DNA from: Ptychomitrium polyphyllum
Taxonomy: Eukaryota
Direction: 5' to 3'
Assembly (NCBI GenBank): GCA_973851085.1
Contig: OZ316776.1
Coordinates: 3,286,001-3,350,000, forward strand
Length of the DNA: 64,000 bases
Positions 36,053-50,898 of this stretch are shown here, piece after piece. Made by a program: the position numbers and the translations under genes. Positions within the stretch are counted from its first letter, which is position 1. The number at the start of each line of letters is the position of its first letter. The notes under the pieces were generated by a model. That model saw only the letters and a program-made list of their open reading frames with translations, was not told where the DNA came from and made no database searches.

Positions 36053-37760
36053 CTCTGAAGCGCCGGCTTATAAGAATGTTCCTTAGTCTCAAGTACCAAG
36101 TGCATCCCACTCGTCTAGATCTTCCAAGTTGTATCGTAACTGGTACCTCCAGTTCTGATCTCAATGTATGTACATACAGTAGTGATAGACATAGAAGTTT
36201 CGCAATTTTGACTCACAATGGAACTATCTTAGTCCGTCGTTGAGAGAGAACAGCTCCAGGTGGCTTGAGAACGGTCCGTATTCATTTGGTTTTAAATTTT
36301 CAGTGTAGTTACTAAACAAGCTTTGAGATTTGAATGTATGGTGAATGCATTTTCGCACTTCAGAGCAATACCAACAATCGAAGAAGTACATCACGCACTC
36401 CTGCTCGGGTTTATTTTGTGAGTTTTTCAATCAGCGGTTAAATATGTTCCTTTCCCCTACAAATGGCAAAAACACCTGTATTGCAGCATGTTTGGCTATT
36501 GATAGCCACATTGCTAAAAACCTCTATGGTAACATTTTTATTCAGAGAAATTCTTTAAATTGAAGAGTGTTGATTAATTTGAAGGATTTCTCTGGATGAA
36601 AGTGACAAACTTTACATATTTATACGAAAATAGTAGTCTAAACTAGTGGAAAGTTGTTTCATCTCTAGAACATAGATGAAAGGAATTTGTGGATTAACCG
36701 TTATACTAAATACAGATTTAGGATTTGTGCTAGTCTAACTCATTGCTGAATTCTTGACACGAGTATGTAAGGCTTGGTAGGAAAATTCTGTATGATTTAA
36801 TGATGTGCAATCGAGTATAATTCATCGCTGTATTCCTCTACTTGAACATGCTTGCAGTACTTTGCCATTAGTATTGACTCGGGTACAGCCTTCGGGACCA
36901 ACCGTCACAAGCACCCCAGGCGCTGGAGCAGTACGGGTTCAGAGGCCGAAGACGGTAATGATTGCACGGAAGCCTCCTATCCCAGTAATTTCACAACGGG
37001 CATGACTCAAGTGTGCGTTACTAGGAATAGAGACCGTGACGTGGCACCGCTATTAGCCATCGTGGCAGAACGAACGACCCAAAAATTGAGAATGTCTATC
37101 GTCCAACTCAAATCCTCCATCTGTCAACGCGCAGGTCACCAGCGCCCGCGTGCCCGTGAGCCCCCTTTCCGAGACCAGGAGGTTGTGTGTGTCCTGCGCA
37201 GGTGATGATGAACCTGCTGCCTTGGTGGAAGCTCCAGAGAATTTGATGCCACTAGCATCCCAGTGGCAATCCAGAACTAAGGAAGACTTAGCTTCCCTCC
37301 CAAGATAGCAATTGGCAGAGCTGGAGAATCTCAAAACCAGTTGGTTTTCTCCGATTGATTGCTTCAATTCTATGATAGTTGTGATCCGGGAGCTCGTCGC
37401 AAGGTGAGGGCCCAGAGGGCTATGAGGTGATTGCCAATTCGTTTCAGATACGATAAGTGGTATGCTGATTCTGATTGGGGCGAAGTTCTAGAATTGGGGA
37501 GAGAGGCGGCGGAGACCGTGCGGCAGAAAGACCCTCGTTCGTGGAGGATGTGGGCTACAAGAGAAGGCAATCATGGTGGTATGAGGATATGAGAAGGGAC
37601 TTCATGTGAGAGAGATTAGATGAAGCTAGTGGTTTCTTGGAAGTGTATGTAATTCGTTTTGTTGAGGTGGATAACTATACAGGTTTTTTTATATCAGAAA
37701 CTTAGACGGGCGTGACCCGCCCTCTGACAACTTGAAGTAGTAGATTTATCTCTATCTGCG

Positions 37761-40700
37761 ATGGGTCAGAAACGGACAGGATTGAGGATGAAAGTTCACC
37801 GACACAAGGTACAGTTTTTCAATTTGGAGGTTTTTTGTCGTGTTGAATGGTGTCTTCATTTCACTTGAGATTGGATAGCAATGGAGATTCCCAAATTTGT
37901 GCAATCACGAGTAGCCGTTTCTCCTCGTGTTTGCATTCAGCTGATTTGACTTGTGAATCTCCCTGTTTGTAAAACACTCTGTGTTTGTGTGATTCTACTT
38001 GGTTCGTCTGTCCGATAGGTTTGTTCCCATTCCAGACGTGGTCCCTACGACTTTAATTAATGTTTGGGGTTTTCCCACCTGTTTTAAGCCCATCCAGCTT
38101 AAGTAAATTAGGGTTCAATAGATCCTTATCTTAGAAAAGTCATTTTGAAAGAAATAGAAAGTATGATAGTTTTGGGATAGAAGTTGATCAATACTTGGTT
38201 ACGCGCTGCCTACTAGGTTCCTGTACTGTATCAAACTTATGAATTTATTTTGTGTTTCCTTGTGTACAGGATAAGACTAAGGAGATTGCAAACCTTAACC
38301 AACAGTTGGGCTTGTTGAATCTCAAAATTGTTCCAGTCACAGCTGACGGTAACTGTTTTTTCAGGTACATTTTCGTGTTTAGTTACTAGAATGATTTTTT
38401 CGCTTTGTTCTCTGAACTGTGTTGATACTTGGTACATGACTTGTGAAGGTTGTGAAATAGGTTTTATTGGATATTGCCGTCGACTAGTAGAATCGGTGAG
38501 GAAGTCCAGCGGATTAATGATACTGATTATGTCTCTGTCAGAGCTGTTGCGGAACAATTAGAGGGGAATGAGGAGCAGCATTCTAAGTACCGGCAAATGG
38601 TTGTGGACTACCTACAGGTGCTACAGTCGATCTAGTAACCTTAACATCTCAATTAGAAAGCATGATTTTTATACATGAGCAGTACCAATTTTCTATATTA
38701 TTTTTTTGTTTTACTTTAATCACAATAATGCATTCATAAACTATTGAATGTACCTATGCTACTGTGTGGACAGCTGGGCTTATTTAAGTTATATACATCT
38801 CATTTAGTAGAATAAATTTTTCTGATTATAGGAGCATCGAGAAGATTTTGAGCCATTTGTAGAGGATGAAGTTCCATTTGATGATTATTGCAAGACTATG
38901 CGAGAAGAATGTACTTGGGCAGGTCACATGGAGTTACAAGCTACTTCACTTGTCACTCGAACCAATATCTGCATCCATCAGGTATGTAAAGCACTTCCTG
39001 TTTTTTTCCCTCAGAAGTGAGAAAATTATCAGTGGCATGCACCGAGCCTCAGTGCGTGGGTGCATGCACATAAAAACCTTCCTTTGAGAGTGTTGTGCTT
39101 TACGCGGCTCATATGTCTTGCCTCATATATGCGTTTGTCTCATTGAGGTTAATTATGCTATTTGTTTCTCTCCTATTTCAATCACTTAATAGCAGTACTC
39201 TGTGACGGGAGATGTATGCTCATTGGATACCCAGCACCTGCTCTCTAACCGCCTTAGATGTTAATCGCAAATTATAATTGACTTCTTCAGAGAGGTGGAT
39301 CTAGACTTTCAAGGTGAGAAAACTCTCGTGTTCAAGTTTTGAAGTTTCATAGTTGGGTAATGTGCTTGCAGCTGAAGACACCAAGGTGGCATATTCGGAA
39401 CTTCAATACTGCAGATACGAAGACTGTCCACCTGTAGGGTTTGATGCTACACATGTTAATTTCTCTTATTTTCAGGTTTCGTTCAAATTTTATCTGAAGC
39501 ATTGGATAAGTTGCACCTGGAGTGACGTTTGTAAAATTGTGAGGTCGATTAGTCTAACAGTTTGGAGTAAATTAGACCCGTTTCATGAACCCCAACGAGG
39601 TATATCCAGATTACCGTACACCCCCGTTTTAGGTTTTGAGGATTACTTTACTAGTAAAGGGGTCCCAGCCGTGTGATGAGTTTGGAGGTTACGAGTGTGT
39701 CAAGTTCCGTTATGTTGAGTAAATCTGTGGCAGATCATATCACGATGGCGAACACTATAACAGTGTGCGGAGACAAGATGATCCTGGACTCGGCCCAGCT
39801 CTACCATTCATAATTGAGGTAAGAAGACGGGCGAATGGCAATCGTGGTTTCTAAATTGCAGGTCATGGAGGCTTTTTATGTGGATTATTGATTAAATCAT
39901 CTACTCGCTAAAGCTGAAGAAACTGACAGTTGACAATGACTTTAATTGATTTGTCATTTTTGTATTTAAGCTTTTACACCACCGTATATCTTGCATATTA
40001 TGCAGTAGATACTTCCCAATTTATCTGTACCTACCGTATTTTAACTTTGTTCTGAATTTTGCTTACGGTTAAATGCTTTTGTATTCGAAGGGTGATGCTA
40101 CTCCTGCCACGCAGCCACCACCGATGAAGGGTATTGAAAGACAGAAAAGTATGCAATTTGAGGAAACGACAATAAAAAGAGTGATGGAATGCAGTGGTTG
40201 CACGAGTGAGACTCGGGCTCGAGAGGTAAGTTTAAATGCTCTGCATCCATCATTATCTTGTAGATGAAGGAATTCAAGTACATCAGAATGGCCAATTGCA
40301 GTATGAATGTCTTAAGTGCGTTACGTTGTTGCATTTGTGACCAAACCATTCCTGTGTGTACAGCTGTTTTAATCCAAATCCATCCGTTTATGACAAAAAT
40401 TCGTGTGCAGGTTTTGCGTGACGTGCGTGGGGATTTAGATGTTGCTATAGAATATTTGATTGCAGAAGCCAGTGGTGATGCGAGCTCTACCGGTTCATAT
40501 GAAAGTGATCCTGAAACTTCAACAGCCTCTGGTACTTGCCTATGTTAAATTGATGACGTAATTATTCGTCACAACTTTAAATAGTTCTTGTGGCTAGGCA
40601 TAGCTACAAAATTGCTTGTTAATCAAACAATCCATGTAGCATGCGTTCTGAATTATGTGGATATCAGGTGATCAAAGCAGTTCCTATAGAACATCAGTGT

Positions 40701-41260
40701 CAGATGAAGGTGAATCAGGAAGGTCGCTGATGTCTTCTTACAAAGTCAGTGAAAATGGAGGAGGGACAGGCAGTTCCAATCACTCGGCTGCATCTCTGCA
40801 GGTGTTATCCTTTATCACATCTGAAATTGATTTGTCAGGCTATGTTGGATACAATGCTATTGACTGTCATGACTGATTTGGGGGTTATGTGATGGCAGAG
40901 CGTGGGCAGGAACAAGCCATGCCCTTGCGGTTCAAAGAGAAAGTACAAGTCTTGCTGTGGCACCTCTAGAACCCGGATGACTTTAGCCTATATGTCCAGG
41001 TTTGCATTCACAAGTTCAGAACGTGTTTTTTAATGTTACTCTTGGGAGGACTCGAATTTGCAAAAATGAATGAGGGTGTCTTAGTTTAACTTTGAGTAGT
41101 TGGCACTAAGATGTTTTTGGGTGGTGTGCTTTTCTAAAGGGCTGAGGAGACATTTTCCGACAAACTTAGAAGACAGAAGCACAGAATCACCAAAGGTTTT
41201 CATCATACAAATGACGAAGAGGCTCCTCGTGCACCTGATATGGGAGCACTTTGCATTTGA
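37761..41260 (+). CDS. OTU7: OTU-domain deubiquitinase with UBA/CUE-like and SEC-C motifs (OTU7/OTUD3-like), about 11 exons
   Basis: Catalytic [17 protein letters not shown] and [17 protein letters not shown] motif [20 protein letters not shown]-terminal PDMGALCI*. Confidence 0.9.
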
Positions 41261-42129
41261 CGAAATTTTGTCACAACTTTTCAAATTTGTGTACTATAAT
41301 TTAGGATTCCAATTACCTTCAAGGCCTTAATTGACTCAATTGTAGTTAGAAATCTCTGAGAAAGCCCAAATATATGTATTTGGCGTATATTTGTAGCCAT
41401 TGTAGACAGTTGTTTTGCTAGGCCCCAGCTACAGTTTTGCATCTGCTAGAAAGGATCATGTGGGTATGGACAGATACTTCGATGCGCACTGCAAGTTAGA
41501 TTATGATCTAGGGCATGTTTTGAGTTTTATTAACGCATATTTTGTCCTCTGCATTACATGGTTACACGTAGGAGATTTCTCATATGAAGTAAAGAAATTT
41601 AACGTGCTGTTATACATGTCTTCCTTATTTTGTGCTACAGTAAATGATTATATCAATTGAAAAAAATCATGCATATTTCTGTCATTTACCTGTTAGAGAC
41701 ATTAAAATGTGTGCCAAGATGGAGTGAAAGTCGGTTTGTAGTAACGAATGATGTTGGATTAATCTAAGGCATTTAATTGATACAAATATGTATGTTTTCA
41801 TTCTAAGCTGGGACAATGAGACTTATTATAGAATTGGAACGCCCAACATAGAAGTTGTTGCAACATAGAATTCCTATGTTGCAAAAGTGAAGACGTTTAA
41901 CATTTAATTTCTTTAGCGTTAGTTTACAATGTATGTGAATATATTCGGAGATGATTTAGAATACAGCTCCACAAGCATCACTTCATCAGTTCAAACTCAG
42001 TAGTTCAAAAGCTTCCTATATTAGAAGTGTACTCTTCTAGATTTCCAAAATTCACGTTTAACATCGATTTGTACAATTTCAACTCTACTCAACCTATCGT
42101 ATATGCATATTTCCACAATAACCAAATCT

Positions 42130-43069
42130 CTACAAACGATCACTAGCCTTCTTTGCATCCTTGCTCGCATCATCCGCCAAGTTCTTCACCGCACCAGTTC
42201 CTTGGTCCACGTTCTGCTTCAAATTGTCTCCCACATTGGATGCAGCATTAGAAGCCTTATCCTGCAAATTATGCCACAGCAACATCAGAGCTATGAGGAT
42301 CAAAACTAGCCGTTTCTATTGAATCAGAAATGGACAAGCTGAATCTAACAAATGCCAAATCTATCCAAGATCTCTCAACATGCGTGTTTATAAAGTTTGG
42401 AACTAAAACATCATTGAAATTTTATACGTAGTAGACACACTAAGTTTACAAATAACTCTATTTCATGTCGTAGCAAAAATTTCAGAGTTCAGTTGTGATA
42501 CAATATTTAGAGATTCATCTTAATCTTTCTATTAAGAACAATAGCAGAGCATGATGTACAAAGAATAGATGGAGACGGGACGTGAAGTTGCGTACCACGA
42601 CGGATTGGCCATTGCGGGAGTCGGTGGCTGAATCGATGGTGTCTTTTGTGGAGGTCTTCACTTCGTCGCCCACATCCTTGGCCTTGTCGCCAGCCTGATC
42701 CAACTTGCCACTAGCGGCGTCGACGGCCTCTTGCGCCTTGGCACCCATGTCACGCCCCACGTCCTTAACAGTATCCTGCACCTCCCCTGCTTTCTCAGCC
42801 ACTGTGTCGCCGAAGTTCTTAGCGTTCTTGCTAGCGTCAGATTTGGCACCCTCCACAAAGTTGTCAATTCGTTCGGGGTTTCCAGCAGCACGGACGAGCA
42901 CTACGCCTCGTACAGGTTTAATGGTGGTGACGGCGTTGCTGGTCAGACGCACAGCTCCGAAGCGAATGGAATTGGAGCTCAACTTGCTTGTATTCACATG
43001 TGCAGGGGTAGTTGTCAAGCTAGCAGATTGCATCATGGATACAGCGTTCAGAGTTGCCATGGCTGCCAT
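42130..43069 (-). CDS. Plastid-targeted LEA (group 3-like) protein; exons 43069-42596 and 42261-42130
   Basis: Transit-peptide-like N-terminus ending VLVRA, followed by Ala/Asp/Lys-rich 11-mer-like repeats (AEKAGEVQDTV, GAKAQEAVDAA, GDKAKDVGDEV). The phase-0 second exon continues the repeats. Confidence 0.8.
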
Positions 43070-43589
43070 TTTCTAAGCTTAGTTGCCTGCACCAATTTAG
43101 AACAGAAACATCTGAGTTCCCAGTGCATGGCAATTACCGCATTGTGCATTAGGGCACCAATCTGACTACAGATTATAACGTATGCACCACAATGCTGCAC
43201 AGAGGATGATATATGATAAAAGCAGGAAAAGAACTGCAGACTCACTGATATGAGAAGCTCCTAACAAGTGCAGATTCAGGTAGCAACTTCGTTCACGGTC
43301 GAAGAGCAACTTATCAACTACTTCGTTAGCAACCCACATTGCTGATGAGGCAGCAGACCATCTCCAAGTAAATTAGAAAATTCCGTAACAAAACATTCAT
43401 TACTCTCAGTAGAAGCATGATAATATGAACTGTTGGAGTAAAAACAAACTGATCGACGAGTCCTGAATCACGATTAGCAAACACACACCTGAATAACCTC
43501 TGACTTCTTTCTGATCGATACGTAGCTGAAATGAGTACTAAATTGAATCAGTGATTGCAGACAGAGGATTGTTGCTGGTAGAATGAGGT

Positions 43590-43690
43590 GAGCATGCATA
43601 TTATATTTGGAGCTGCAATTTGCTAAAGAGTGCAGAAAGTGTCCTGTTTGGAGGACACGGGGACGACGCGGCCACGCACTGGACATGCAC
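43590..43690 (-). promoter_or_regulatory. Putative ABA-responsive LEA promoter: TATA-like box, two ABRE/CE3-like cores, RY motifs
   Basis: Minus-strand TATAATAT near 43600, CGTGTC (43654-43659) and CGTGGC (43671-43676); plus-strand CATGCA (43684-43689, ~43593). The motifs are short, so support comes mostly from context. Confidence 0.4.
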
Positions 43691-46146
43691 GCAGACGTTC
43701 CAAGTGGCTCTCCCACCAAAAAAGTGGCCATCTGCTTTTGCATGGCTACCCCACCTCAGTGTGGGCTTGCACTGGGTTTGGTCCAACTTCTTTCCTCCAA
43801 GCTGCCTCTCCCACATCTAAGTTTGCATCTGAATGAAATATAGTTCGTTTGTAGCCGATCTCCAACACCTGGCTCATTTTGATACGCTCAGTGGATAATG
43901 CTACAGATGATTGGATAATGCTACTACCCAGGGCTATGCTTGTAGACAGTGAGTGGTATTCAATCAACCTTGCAGGACTGAAGGGTAGGAGCTTAAAACC
44001 TGGTTTAAGCAGAGCTTATCCGTTTTAAGTCTGATTGTATTCACAACTACAAACGGTCCTCTTGGTTCGGAGAGAAATTCAGTTCTCTAGCCTCTGCACA
44101 TGCTCTTCGAACCGAATGTTCGACGTTTGAGCTATGTGTCGAATCTTTCAACTGTTAAGACCATGACTTCAAAGGAAAGAGAACTCGTTTGGGGTTTGTT
44201 TGAGATGGCAGAACCTGTAGAAGAAATAAGAAGACATTCACATGCCGAGTCATCATACGTAACATGCCAAGGCTTGTGAAGTTTTTGCAATGTCGGCAAC
44301 TTGTAGTCCAAACGTCCAAGTCATTTACATTGCAAATACAGAGAATGCTGCCCTACGGATGACTCAGTTCTGTATGGAAGGATATTGTGATGTAAAACTA
44401 TTAGGATACAAGTACATTTTTGTGTGCCGCGCTGGCCCTCGCAGAGATCATCAATTAGGCAATTTAGAAAAACTGGCAAACGACATTATTGAGCTCGTGA
44501 GGGATATTTGATGTACTGTGATTCGGTGAGAAATTTACTGCTAACTTTAAATCCATCACTCTTGTATCATCAATGTTCCACCCAGATCACTTTGCTGTAG
44601 TCCAGCTTAGGGGCTGTCATGTCCCAATCTAGATTAGTGGAGTTAGTGGTTGGAGGCTGACTGTTTCTCCAATACCATTCATATCGCATTGTTGTCAAAA
44701 CCAAGAAAACAAAAACTGATCAAGGTTTTTATACACTATGAAGTAAATGATTTCTTTTTTGTAAAAGAGATAAGTTAGTACAATGCACTCCAAGGAATGG
44801 CCAAGAAATTTTGGTTAAAGTATGCATTCAATTACACTTGAACCTTTGGGAGATGAAGAAAATGTCACAGTAGCAATTCGTCACATACCATGATACCCGT
44901 TAGTATGTAATGTATGTCCTAAAAGTCACATTATTGAGGTATTTTGATTATTCAAAGTAATTTTATAAATAAACTAATTATATAGTATTTATTACAAACC
45001 AATAACATTATACAATAGCAATCACTTCACAACTTGTGTAGAATTCATTTCCAGTATATGAGCATGTTTTTGTTATAATAAATTATTTTTAACCTATGTT
45101 TGAAAGCCTTGACTTCCACTTGTCTTGCAAAAAGTCCTGCAAAAATTGTGAAATTCTCCGAGTATTCAGCCCATAATCAGGAGTTTTGATTCTATATATC
45201 TAATTCAGAAGAGCTTATGATGCCCGTAGACATGTTCAGTTTAATTGATCAACCATTCAGCTCCATGTGTAGATTTTATACACGGCTTCTCCAGCAATGA
45301 TAGATCATATTCTCTTCACGAATTTGCATGCACCATGACGGAAACGAGACGCGAAATAAACTTGGCTCTTGAGGACTAGATTATGTTTTACATGATGAAC
45401 CTCCCCTGATTTCTACTAGTTTCTAATCCCTTTCAATCTGTGGAACATGACTTAACCTTCCGCCATGAGATAGTCTCTGCTGAATCTATAGATTCGAAGC
45501 AGCTAGTGGCTAATTAATTAAAATGATCCACAGTCGTTCACCCTGAATTGTCATTACAGTATCAATGTCGTCACATCAAACCACCATGATCAGGCCATGC
45601 CAGCTACGTCTAGAAAGAGATTCATCCTGGTGACAATGCAAGTGCACATGGAGGTCAAGGTTTAGTTAGTGCAATAGGTGAGCCTTCACAATCGTGTCTT
45701 GAAGGCATCGCTGCCTTAATGCGAGTCCAGCCACAACGAGCCAGCTTCCCAGTGGATCCCTTATAAACCCAATGGATCCTGCCGCATTCCTCAGTGTATC
45801 CCTACTCACCTGGAGTACTACTTTGCAGTATTGAAGCAGAGCTCAAGTCTTAGCTCCCTTTAGTGGGCCAGTTGACCGTGCATTTAGCAGGTGCAGCACA
45901 TTTCCCACTATAATGTTTTTGCCAGCAGTAGTACTGGCTTCTTTAGCTGCTGCATGATGTCCGAGTGTAAAGCATTCTTGACATCCCAACAACTCGTATT
46001 AGAGCAGCATGGATATGATCTAGTTTCACTACAATTTTCTGGTATTCTTACTTGATCCATGCAACTCAACTCGCACTGAGTATTTAATTGTTTCTCAATT
46101 GTTGTGGAGTTCTTTGTGTGCAGCTGGAGCTGGTTTTGAAATTGCA

Positions 46147-47982
46147 ATGGCTGAAGTGGTGCTGTTGTCATGGCTGAGCATAGTCTTAGTAATCTTGAGT
46201 ATGTTCATCTTGCCAACCCAGTGTAGGCAGCCGTTGATGCCGGCAATGTTCATTATGGGTGACTCACTTGTGGATGTTGGCAATAACAATTACATCATCA
46301 CTCTCGCCAAATCCAATTTTGCTCCCAATGGCTTGGACTTTCCTCAGGGTGCCACTGGCAGGTTCTGCAATGGCCGCACCACTTCTGATTTTCTTGGTTT
46401 GTAACAGCAACACAAAAATTCCTTTTATGCTTGCATTGCCTTCAACATGGACTTATTAGAAGTGACGAATGTCAGCAATGTGTTTTGATAGGAACTTCAT
46501 CAAGCTCACATAAATGGATTTTTTTGAAGTTCTGAAGTTGATGAAATTTTAGATTTTTTTTTTGAGTAGTAAAGACAGATCACTGCAGACGGATAGCTGA
46601 TCTGGAGTTGGTTGTTTGCTGTCTTTATGGATTATGCAGTTCAGATGATGGGATTACCATTTCCACCCGCGTACTTAGATCCAAAGGCGAAAGGACCAAT
46701 TATTCTTACAGGATTAAATTATGCCTCAGCTGCTGGTGGTATCTTAGATTCAACTGGCTTTAATTATGTAAGTTTTCCCTTCAGATTCACAGATCATTTA
46801 GACGATATTTTATGTGCTAAACTTTAGCATCATGCTATTTGATGAATTTCTATGCAGTACGTGTGTACCATATGGTGGTGAAAAGGTTCTTAAATTTTGG
46901 AGGTTATTGTAACGTTCTTTGGCAGATTGGGCGCATAGGAATGAACAAACAGCTGGAGTACCTCACAAATACAAGGACCGAATTCGTTGAGCAGGTTGGA
47001 GAAGAGAAAACAGCAGAAATTTTTGCCAAGGCGTTCTGGTACATCACCATTGGTAGCAATGACTACATCAACAACTACCTGCTGTCATACTCTTCAGCTT
47101 CAAAGCAGTACACTCCCGAACAATATGAAGATCTCTTGATTGCAACTTTCGGCGAACAACTGAGGGTTAGTATTTACTTGATTAACCCCATAGCGATCCA
47201 CAAAAAATCTAGCAATGACAACCATTGAAATTTAAACAGATTCATGAATCCAACTGATTTTAAGAAGTGCTTACTAATACTAATTCCTTCAAACTTTTTC
47301 TTTTCTTACTTTATTTTAAATTTTCAAAGTACCATGTTGGTTAATTTTAAGCAAAATTTCATTGCTTGACTAGAGCAGAGGCTCTACTCTCTTGGGGCAC
47401 GCAAGATATTTATCTACGGTGTGGGTCCACTGGGGTGCATTCCCTCCCAGCTCTACAACCAAAGGAGCCCAGATGGTGTATGCATTGAGTTCATCAACAG
47501 CTACGTCAGGGGATTCAATCAGGCAACCAGAGTTCTCGCAAGACAACTCACTGTTGACCTTCCAGGATCTATTTACGTCTATGCAAATGCATATGATCTC
47601 GTTAGTAACTACGTTAACCGACCAGCAGACTATGGTACTACAATTTAATTCATTACCCTCTTGTCCTCATTTTTATCAAGCCTTCAAATGATCGAAGTAC
47701 CTACTCCAGAACGAATGTGGAGTCACTAATTTTTTGAAGTCATTTTTTTGGTTTACAGGATTTGCGGTTGTGAACAAGGGGTGCTGTGGGTTGGGCCCTT
47801 ACAACGGTGCCATACCTTGTCTTCCAACTGTGAAGCCATGTCCTGACCGGGCAGCTTACTTGTTCTGGGATCCTTTCCACCCCACAGATAAAGGAAATGG
47901 GCTACTTGCTAGCAGTTTCTTTTCCGGTGGCCTTGATGCCATTGAGCCTGTGAATGTACAGACGCTTGCTTCCATGCCTTAG
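46147..47982 (+). CDS. Secreted GDSL esterase/lipase, 5 exons
   Basis: Signal peptide, MGDSLVDVGNNN, ATGRFCNG, NYASAAGGIL, GSNDYINNY, GPLGCIP and catalytic WDPFHPT. Confidence 0.93.
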
Positions 47983-49237
47983 TTGCGGATGCATGTCTGT
48001 TGCGGAATCCCAAGAGATTTTAAGTTTTTGCTTCCAATTTTGAATTTTACTCTCTTAATTGAGGATTTGTTCCAGACAGATCTGTTTTTTTTTTTTGGAA
48101 TGAAAATAAAATTCCATTGATAGTTTCTAGACAGTTCCATATTTAAAACGAGTTGCCCACTTTGTTTCTAGAAATTTAATATTTAGTTAAGTTTGTGTTT
48201 GGTATCTGCCAAGATTAATGGACCACAAATACAAGGAAGATTATAGTCAAGGTCACATTGACAATATTTGACTCAGTTTGGTTGTGCAATAAAACAACTC
48301 AGGGCAACATCACCGGATCATTATGATTTGATATACTCCAATAATGATCATTTAACGTTTGGCATTTGCTTTGATAACTAGCTGCAATTTGAGCCTTATC
48401 TTAAATTTTACAGAAAAATTACCCAAACGGTGTATCGCTGTATCGCAGTTACAAGTATCAACGAATGTTTCTGAGGAGTGTCGTCCAATTTGAAGGACAA
48501 GGCATGAAAGTCTTGTGGAAGGGCGCATGTCTTTATAGTGGATCAGGCCCATGTATGCTGGTACAGATACTCTAATCTGCTTTATTGGGCCACAGTGATA
48601 GTTGATTCTAGACTAAACTCCACGTAAGCAGTACTGAGGGCAGCCTTAGTCATCGCACTCAAAAGGTTCACGAGCCCTCACATGAAATAGCTCACTGTTG
48701 AATGTACTCACTCCTGCAAGCTATCAACCGTGAGAAGAAATAGACAGATAGGGGCTTAAGTCTTCAGAGACTTCTGTTGTCTGCGAATAGACAGACTACT
48801 GCTCAAACACAAATCACTTGAACCTTGTCCTAACTACGGCAATGAAAGTGCTGATTCAAATTTGATTCAAGAAAATTCATACATGGACAAAACAGGGCTA
48901 ATCATGTGTACAGCTTATGACAACCAGGAATGGGTTAACCTTACAAAAGTAGCTCACCCTGCTTCACTACATGAACGCCATAGCTCTTCAGCTTCTGTGA
49001 CAGCAGCTCCTACTTAATCCCCTAGAGCTCCAGCAGTAGGTTAACATTCTATCCTGGCTTGACAATCATTACTGATATTCTGTAGCTGATCTAATTCAAG
49101 TATGATATATTCTGGAGCTTGAATTCATCAGTGTGTTCATGGTCAATGCTTCTTGTGATGAATTCATAGCTATCACAGGAATGACGATGATATGGAGATC
49201 ACGAAGTTGTGAAGTGATTACTGATGTACAATAGAAT

Positions 49238-50898
49238 ATGGCATTGGCAGGATTTTGGTGCAAAGAAGGCATGGAGCTTCTCCTTGCAGTGCCGGACGGC
49301 GTTCTCTCTTTGTGCTTCACATGCATGTTGCTGCTGCTCTGCACAGTACTCTCTGATGCTACACCTGCCTGTTTCATCTTGGGGGACTCTCTTGTGGACA
49401 TTGGAAACAACAATTATCTGCCCTTGTCTCTGGCCAAGGCAAACCTTTATCCCAATGGCATTGACTATGGCAGCGGCATTGCAACTGGGCGGTTCAGTAA
49501 TGGTCGCACCGTATCGGACATAGTTTGTACGTGCGAGTCTGAATCTTCTTCCCACACCATCTAAAGGCTTTCTTGTCTCAATTCGTAATTATTAAGTATT
49601 CTAGATATTTTACCAAAGGTCACAAGTTGACATATGTGTTTTGCATTTGTAAAAGCTGTATTTAAATTTGGTGTATTGGCAGTTGAAAAGTTGGGAGCTC
49701 CCATACCACAGCCATACCTTGACCCTATGACACACGGTTCAGTGCTCCTCAATGGTGTGAACTATGCCTCAGGTGCAGGGGGTATCCTGGACTCCACCGG
49801 AAGTAACTATGTGAGTGTGGCAAATGCAGATGAAAGTTATTCCTACTGATTCTGAAGCTCAAACCTATTTCTGCCATACTTCAAAGCGTGGAAAAGTGCC
49901 TGATCCATGAAATCAATCTGAGATATCTGATAATTTTGCAGATTCAGCGATTGTCATTCAACACCCAGCTGACTTATTTCCAGAAGACAGTGGCAGAGAT
50001 AAACAACTTAATTGGAACTCCAAAAGCATCAAAGCTACTGAGTGAAGCATTATATATAGTAGTGTTTGGGAGCAATGACTACATCAACAACTATCTTCTG
50101 TCCAACTCAGCAATGTCACGGCAATACACGCCTACACAGTTTCAAGACCTGCTCATCTCAACCTTCAGGAAGCAACTTATGGTAGGTCATCACTAATATT
50201 CATGTACTATACATATGATTTATTCATCCTGAAACTACCAACGTATTTATGGCTGTGTGGGGATCTCCAGACGTTATACAACCTGGGAGCACGAAAAATA
50301 GTGGTGTTTGCTGTGGGGCCTCTCGGCTGCATTCCATCCCAAGTTGTCACAGGCAATGACAAAAATGGCAAGTGTTTAGAAACGGTAAACAGAATGTGCC
50401 GTGGTTTCAATGCGGCAGTGAGACCCATGTTGACCCAATTGAATACCGCTCACCCTGATGCAAAATTTTGCTTTGGCGACGCTTACAACGGTGTGTCACA
50501 ATTCATGTCCAACCCAGCTCAATACGGTACTTAACTCACTGCATAATTTTACTTATCCTGCTGCATGAATGGCATGAAAACTATGAACTTGCCTTGTACA
50601 ATAGTCATGAACAATTACAATGAGATTAATTAGTATTGAATCTTATCGAGGTAATTAATTATGATTGATCATGACAGGATTCGAGTTCACAACCACTGGG
50701 TGCTGTGGAAGTGGCCCTTTCAATGGACAACTGGGCTGCTTACCTGCTTCAAACCTTTGCACCAACCGTTCCGCTCACTTGTTCTGGGACCCCTTCCACC
50801 CCACAGACCGCACCAATATTTACTTGGCAGATCGATTCTTCTCCGGAGGCCCTTCTGACATCAGCCCTTTCAATATCAAGCAACTTATTGCCATGTAA
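49238..50898 (+). CDS. Secreted GDSL esterase/lipase, tandem paralog, 5 exons
   Basis: LGDSLVDIGNNN, ATGRFSNG, NYASGAGGIL, GSNDYINNY and WDPFHPT. Same four intron positions as the neighbour. The start ATG is uncertain (49238, 49271 or later). Confidence 0.93.

Noticed and set aside
36805..37570. Cluster of GC-richer short ORFs between HMGB and OTU7
   Set aside because: No recognisable domain; likely promoter or 5' UTR of OTU7.
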